Shown one piece after another: positions 57,712 to 64,000 of a stretch of DNA of 64,000 bases. The first letter of the stretch is position 1. Each line of letters starts with the position of its first letter. The notes beneath the pieces were generated by a model, which had not been told where the DNA came from, searched no databases, and worked only from the letters and a program-made list of their open reading frames with translations. The stretch comes from Marsupella aquatica (lineage: Eukaryota; Plantae; Marchantiophyta): the NCBI GenBank assembly GCA_973895155.1, contig OZ316898.1, positions 5,257,079-5,321,078 of the forward strand. The letters are read 5' to 3'. The position numbers and the translations under genes were made by a program.

Positions 57712-60700
57712 ATGTCGACCTTACATGTCGGTTCTGGCTCCTCTTCAGACGCTCCATTCGCATCTGGGTCTCGAAGTCCTCGTCAGGTAGTCCCCAGTCC
57801 AGACCACGAGATTGACAATTGTTGATATCGCCCGCTGTTGGCGTGGTAGACCACCTACAGTAACGTTTCCGGCAATAAGCAACCTTGGCCGCAAGATTTG
57901 TGTAAAATCACTATTATTTTCATGACTTGTTGACAGTAATTTTGCTGTTGGGATACAGATTATTTTGGTGGATATATAACTGCACGTACTGATGTGCTCT
58001 TTGCTTTTCTTAGGTGAATGAATCTGTCTACAAATTCGACAGGCCGCAATACAATCCTACTTCGCAAATTCTGTTTTTTCATGGACTCCAATTTGATGAT
58101 TCTTTGGAAACGCATTTCCGTAATTGGGAAAGTAGAGACAGGTCTGTCATCTGGCCTGAAAAGTGGTTGGTTGAAGATTTTCCCACTGCCGAGATCCTGT
58201 ATATTTCCTATGATGGATTGGTAAAAAAGGGATCCCACGTGAATGAAAGTCTGGGGATGTACATTACTGCCGAAAATTTGATGTCTGACCTAATTCAGGC
58301 GGGTGTTGGTCAAATTTGGAACTGTCCGGTCATAATGGTTGGCCATTGCTTTGGTGGTATGGTCATCAAAGAGCTATGTTTGCAAGCTGATAAAGCGCGG
58401 AGCCATTCCACCAAACGCAAAAACTTTCTTGACAATGTGAAAGGACTATTTAATTACAGTACTCCTCATCATGGGAGTGACATTTTCGAGAGAGTTGGAG
58501 ATATGAAACACCCTTTGTGGTCATACTTTCGAGTTTTGAGCACAGAAGGAGCACGACTTAATCACGAGTTCGATCATTTGTGCAAATTACATGGATGGAA
58601 AATCCACGGTATTGGAGCTGGTCTCCGTGTGCCATCGGTACACATACTGTTATCCCCAGCTTTGTCTACGCTCACTGGCTATTTTTCTGTAGACTGAGTA
58701 AAATTGTGTGAACGTCAACTCAATAAAGACCATCTTGAAACTGTGCTGACATAGTGTGTATTCCGTAGGTGGGCGGCAACGTGAGTCAGAGTTTTTGGAA
58801 ATGCTTATATCCTCTTTAGTCTAATGTGGGTTAGACATCTAATCTTGTACAATAGAGTTGTGTGTAGTCATCGACCTTTTTCAAAGATAAGCAGAATTAC
58901 CTGTTCCATTTATTTGCTTTCTCATCTAGATTGTTACTATCTTGGCAAACTTTTTGTCAAGGATTTGATTTTGCAAGAAGCCTGTAGCTTAGGGATATAA
59001 TGGAGCGTACTCCTGGGTGTGCAGGGCCGCTTCAAAGGGCTGCTTGTAGTTCAGGAGTCATCTGCAAGAGGAGGGGAGTCTTTCACTGTGAGGGCAGCGG
59101 ACCATTTTGCGATTTGCAAACCAGAAAGTAAGACTTCAAGTGGCTACTATGAGCTCAAGGAACTCCTTCGCAGCATTGACAGTAGCATTCGAAAGGTAAT
59201 TTGTTTGTTCCTACTTTGAGGTCACTTGATCAGCCTGCTTTGGTTGGATCGTGTTCAATCGTTATTATAACTGTTTGTGGATACTGCTACCAAAGCTGTA
59301 CAGGCGGTGCAGCAAGCTCTGTCTAAACACAGCTACGTATCCATCGATTCCTGCGAGAGCACTTATTGCGGATGGATCGTACTTGCGTTGTATTTCCTAC
59401 GTGAAGATTCCCAGTGTCTAGTGTCCAATAAACCCTCGTTGCCTGAGTTTATCTGTGGAAACCTTCTAGTTTTGCATAAAAGACAGCATACAGTTAGGAC
59501 ACAGTCATTGCGATACCATTGCATATCATGTGAAATAGGTACGACCATCAGCAATGACTTATGTCTCGAACGGTAAGCCAACGAGTAGTGGACGTAGTAA
59601 GCATTCCCAGATAGAACTCTGTACGGTCGATTTAATTGATAGAGGAGATAGGACCCTAGGATCATCCCTAGCGGTCGCAGACAGGAACCAAGCGACAAGA
59701 AACCTGTGTCACTCAATGCACTCGGCGTCATTCCATCGACTGTGATGTATGCCTGATCAGCTTCAGTATAAAGTCTGCATACACTGTCAATCGCTGGAAA
59801 ATACTGGGAAACGACAGCATCGATCTAAATTGACAAATAAAATTGGGAGATGAGTGAGCGGAGATAGTGCTAGAGTAGTTGAGCATGCCAGCGACTAGAT
59901 TACAACCATGGAAACGCGGCAAAGCTATTACTATCCTGATAAATATCTCACAAATGTGGTCATTTTGGGAGCAGTTCGCTGCTGGGGCTGGGATCGATGT
60001 GATCATTCAGACCCTTCTCTTCTTTAATTTAGCGACTGTGGAGATTAAATAAGCATCATCACTTCAATTTCCCATTGTCTGATGTTGATATATCGGTTTC
60101 ATCTTTGCAGGCAACGAGGCTTATTCATGGACTCCCGACTTATCCTACCGATTTGGAAAGGCGTTGGCACGAGGTTCAAGTAAAGCTAGCACAAGCGCCA
60201 GTAGTAGGCATCGTTGGCATGGGCGGAATCGGGAAAACAACTATTGCTAAGGAACTATACAACAACATCTCTAGAAATTTTGAATATGCTTGTTTTACTG
60301 AAACTGTCACAGGCATCCAGAAGCACGAGCTAGAGAAGCGGATACTCGGAAATTTTGATTGCCGTGGGACTAGGTTCGAGAGAAATCAGATTAAGTGGTC
60401 TGACCTGGAGAAGACAAAGACACTGATCGTCTTGGATGGTGTGGATCATAAACAAATCATACCTTTGCCCGATTTGGATTTCTTTGGGGAAGGTAGCCGT
60501 TTGATCATTACAAGTCGTGATCAAGGCGTTTTGGATGTTTTTGCAAACCGGGTCATTTACGACGTTGAGTTTCTCATCGACGACGAGGCAAAGAAGCTCT
60601 TCTGCCGGCATACATTTGGGGAAGACGGAATTCCAGACCATCTCTTACAGAAAAATTATGACTTGAATGAAAATGTGGATGGAGTGGTAAAGAAATGCGG

Positions 60701-63700
60701 CGGGCTACCATTGACGTTGGAAGTAACGGGGTGCTATCTCAGAAATCACATGACTAACGCTAAGGTGTGGAAGGAGACACTAGAGAAGCTTGGAAAGGCG
60801 CAATCTGTTAATGGGCTTCGGGATGACAGAGTGTGGTCTTCCTTGAAAGTGAGCTATGATGGCCTTGATACTGACCTACAAGGCATGTTCATCGAAGCCG
60901 GGACGTATTTCTTTGGGCGAAGTGTACAGCAGGCCCTCGCAGCTTGGAGCACTGCTTATGGAAATTCAAATACAGGCTGGGCTAACTTGCTCAGTACATC
61001 CATGGTGAAGGAAATAGACAGGAGTAAAGTGTGGAATTGGTCCCATCGCCAGAGCCTGCTATGGGACGACGCCAAGGAGATATGGGTGCACGAGCACCTG
61101 CGTGATCTGGCCAATAATCTCTCGAAGGGGGCTACAGTATCGATGGATGTGGAAGAGGATGACACAGCAGTGGATCTTCTCAATGTTGTAAGTACAAACC
61201 AGAGACTTTGTGTGACAAAATAGAGCCGGTTTTATTAATGAGCAATTGAAAGCAATGAATGTCAACATTTTGGAGAGTACACTCAGCTGCATTATATTTT
61301 CATCTCGACTATGATTTCTTTAACGAGATTCAAGAACCTTTTGCGCTTTGGTAGTTTAGAACGGAAATTCAGTGGTTTTATCCATGCTTACTTATGGCGC
61401 AGAATCCAGTTACATGACAATTGATACTCCTCCGTTTGCACTCACTAGTTGTATTTTTCGGAAAACGCTTATTTGTGATTAACGGGTCATCAGGTGAAAT
61501 CCGAGACAAAACACTTGCGGATAGTAGGCCGTCCTCATGCGATGGAACCAACGAAGGTTCGATTAGAAATGCTGGATAAGCTGGAAGAATTGAAATATTT
61601 GGAGCTGCATTTTGTTCCGCTTGAAGGGCTGAGCACGAACTTTCCAAAGAAGCTTTCCTTACTGATATGGGAATATTATTCTGAAAGGAATTCCCCGGCG
61701 ATGCCGATCAGTCTGAAGGGAATGAAGAATTTGGCTGTCCTAGAACTCTCATGGTGCACAATGACGGAGGAATCTATTGACGCATTGGGAACGTTAACCA
61801 ACCTGTGGACTTTATCGCTTCAGCATATAAAAGGACTTTACCGTCTCCCAGAGAATTTGGATCATCTGTCCCAGTTGAATCGTTTGGAATTGTCGGGACT
61901 GGAAACAATGGAAACATTGCCCCATTCTATTGGTCACCTCCGGGCCCTCGAACATTTGGTGTTAGACTGTAGCAACTTTAACCATTTGCCGGATTCTTTT
62001 GGCAATCTGTCTTCTCTGGCAACATTACAGATGAATGACTGTAACCAGCTTAGAAGTCTGCCCGATTCCTTTGGGCGCCTCACGTCTTTGACGAGCTTCG
62101 TAATCGGAAGGTGCGAAATGCTAGATACGGTGCCGAAAACGTTCGGAGATCTCAAGGCTCTTACAAAATTAGTGATAACGAGGGCCAAACGCCTGAAGGC
62201 CCTACCCGAAAGCTTTGGCAACTTATCTGCTCTCACATATTTGCGTCTCGAAGGTTGTGAGATTCTTGGAAGTCTGCCTGCGAGCTTTGGCAACTTATCT
62301 GCTCTCACATATTTGCGTCTCGAAGGTTGTGAGATTCTTGGAAGTCTGCCTGCGAGCTTTGGTATGCTCTCGTCTTTGGAAGAACTTGGCTTGGTTTGGG
62401 TGAACCGGCTAGATACGGTGCCGGAAACGTTCGGAGATCTCAAGGCTCTTAGAATTTTAGAGATAACGGACGCTAAACGCCTGAACTCCCTACCCGAAAG
62501 CTTTGGCAACTTATCTGCTCTCACATATTTGCGTCTCGTTTGTTGTGAGATTCTTGAAAGTCTGCCTGCGAGCTTTGGTATGCTCTCGTCTTTGGAATCA
62601 CTTGAGTTGCATTGGGTGGAGCGGCTAGATACGGTGCCAGAAACGTTAGGAGATCTCAAGGCTCTTAAAAGATTAGTGATACAGGGGGCTAAGCGCCTGA
62701 AGTCCCTACCCGAAAGCTTTGGCAACTTATCTGCTCTCACACATTTTTCTCTCGAAGATTGTGAGATTCTTGAAAGTCTGCCTGCGAGCTTTGGTATGCT
62801 CTCGTCTTTGGAAGAACTTGAGCTGCGTGAGCTGGAGCGGCTAGATACGGTGCCAGAAACGTTGGGAGATCTCAAGGCTCTTAAAAGATTAGTGATAGAG
62901 GAGGCTAAGCGCCTGAAGTCCCTACCCGAAAGCTTTGGCAACTTATCTGCTCTCACATATTTGCGTGTCGACGGTTGTGAGAATCTTGATACGGTGCCGG
63001 AAACGTTCGGAGATCTCAAGGCTCTTAAAAATTTAGAGATAACGAAGGCTAAACGCCTGAAGTCCCTACCCGAAAGCTTTGGCAACTTATCTGCTCTCAC
63101 ATATTTGTGGCTCGAAGGTTGTAAGATTCTTGAAAGTCTGCCTGCGAGCTTTGGTCTGCTCTCGTCTTTGGAAGAACTTAAGTTGCATTGGGTGGAGCGG
63201 CTAGATACGGTGCCGGAATCGCTTGGAGATCTCAAGGCCCTTATAAGTTTAGAGATAACGGAGGCTAAGTGCCTGAAGGCCTTACCCGAAAGCTTTGGCA
63301 ACTTATCTGCTCTCACATACTTGCGTCTCCAAGGTTGTGACAGTCTTAAAATATTGCCGACGAGTTTCGGGAATCTCTCTTCGTTAGTAAGACTAGAACT
63401 CGATTCCTGGGACCAGGTGCTGCTGGAGAATTGGGGTCATCTCAAGGCTCTGAAAACATTCGTACTCTGGTGCGAATATCAGGAGGTGCTACCCGACAGT
63501 TTGGGGACCCTCTCTTCACTGACAACGTTTGAGATCAAGGGGGGAAGGTTGCGGACCCTCCCGAGAACCATAGGACAGCTTCACTCACTGACGACACTGA
63601 AGATTGTGGGGAGCAGCCTAAGCAGTATACCCGACGAACTCCGTAACCTGTCATCTCTAGAAATTCTGTTGCTTAAATCTTGTAACAGGATAGAGACCCT

Positions 63701-64000
63701 TCCGGACGGGTTATGGCGCATTTCCTCGTTGAGACTAGTAATACTTGATGATTGCCCAAAATTGAAGAATCTACCAGATAGTCAGGGAGATGACTCTGCA
63801 CCTCGTGAAGACAGAAGTATCGAGACAAGGAGAACAGAACGGGGGCGGTCCTCCCACAACGCTTCTGCGTACGCGGGGAGGATTTGCCTATTTGTGGCTG
63901 GCTGTCCATTCCTCAGTGATCGGGAACTGCGAAGATTGGGCTGGATTGAGTTTCAACGCGGAATAATTGATCATCTTATATTTAGAAAGGGTCTTGAGGT
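57712..64000 (+). CDS. Hyd-NLR copy 3, apparently intact; exons 57712-57786, 58014-58637, 59025-59195, 60111-61187, 61494->64000
   Basis: All splice sites are conserved. The last exon has no stop up to the window end, which is why it is missing from the ORF track. Motifs GHCFGG, P-loop, LDGV, GLPL, VHE, LRR array and C-terminal cap are present. Confidence 0.93.
62121..63340 (+). repeat. LRR-coding array of 72-bp modules, copy 3
   Basis: Same three module types as copies 1 and 2, in a different order and number. Confidence 0.95.

Larger units (their letters stand above)
23440..64000 (+). repeat. Three-unit tandem segmental duplication (units start ~23.4, ~35.5, ~51.1 kb)
   Basis: The order relic hydrolase - ISA1 fragment - upstream region - Hyd-NLR recurs, with alignable intergenic and intron sequence. 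Confidence 0.93.

Noticed and set aside
61934-63316. Long antisense ORFs over the LRR exons (also 33841-34761, 49638-50672)
   Set aside because: Shadow frames of the repeated 72-bp sense modules; no independent coding signal.

Overview
Eukaryotic, intron-containing plant DNA. A liverwort or other bryophyte is likely, inferred from the alpha/beta-hydrolase-NLR architecture. About 1-18.3 kb is a decayed CACTA (En/Spm) transposon whose 5' end lies outside the window. It has TnpD, TnpA and a 3' TIR at 18258. Probable cargo lies upstream of TnpD: an RPL18a exon, an EDM2-like PHD finger and a tandem BRCT gene. A nested 4.7-kb TG...CA insertion with a 5-bp TSD carries a ~1220-codon ORF. About 18.3-22.3 kb is a kinase pseudogene hit by a Mutator-like MITE and a degenerate LTR. 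From ~22.7 kb to the end is a three-unit tandem array. Each unit has relics of an older NLR, a captured isoamylase ISA1 3' fragment and a 5-exon alpha/beta-hydrolase-NB-ARC-LRR gene. The hydrolase nucleophile is Cys, and Walker B and MHD are non-canonical (LDGV, M/VHE). The LRRs are built from near-identical 72-bp modules in 216-bp triads with hypervariable xxLxLxx faces. Copy 1 is frameshifted by an exact 85-bp duplication and has two Helitrons in an intron. Copy 2 is split by a young intact Ty1/copia. Copy 3 is open to the window edge. All family assignments come from motif recognition by eye; no database searches were run.
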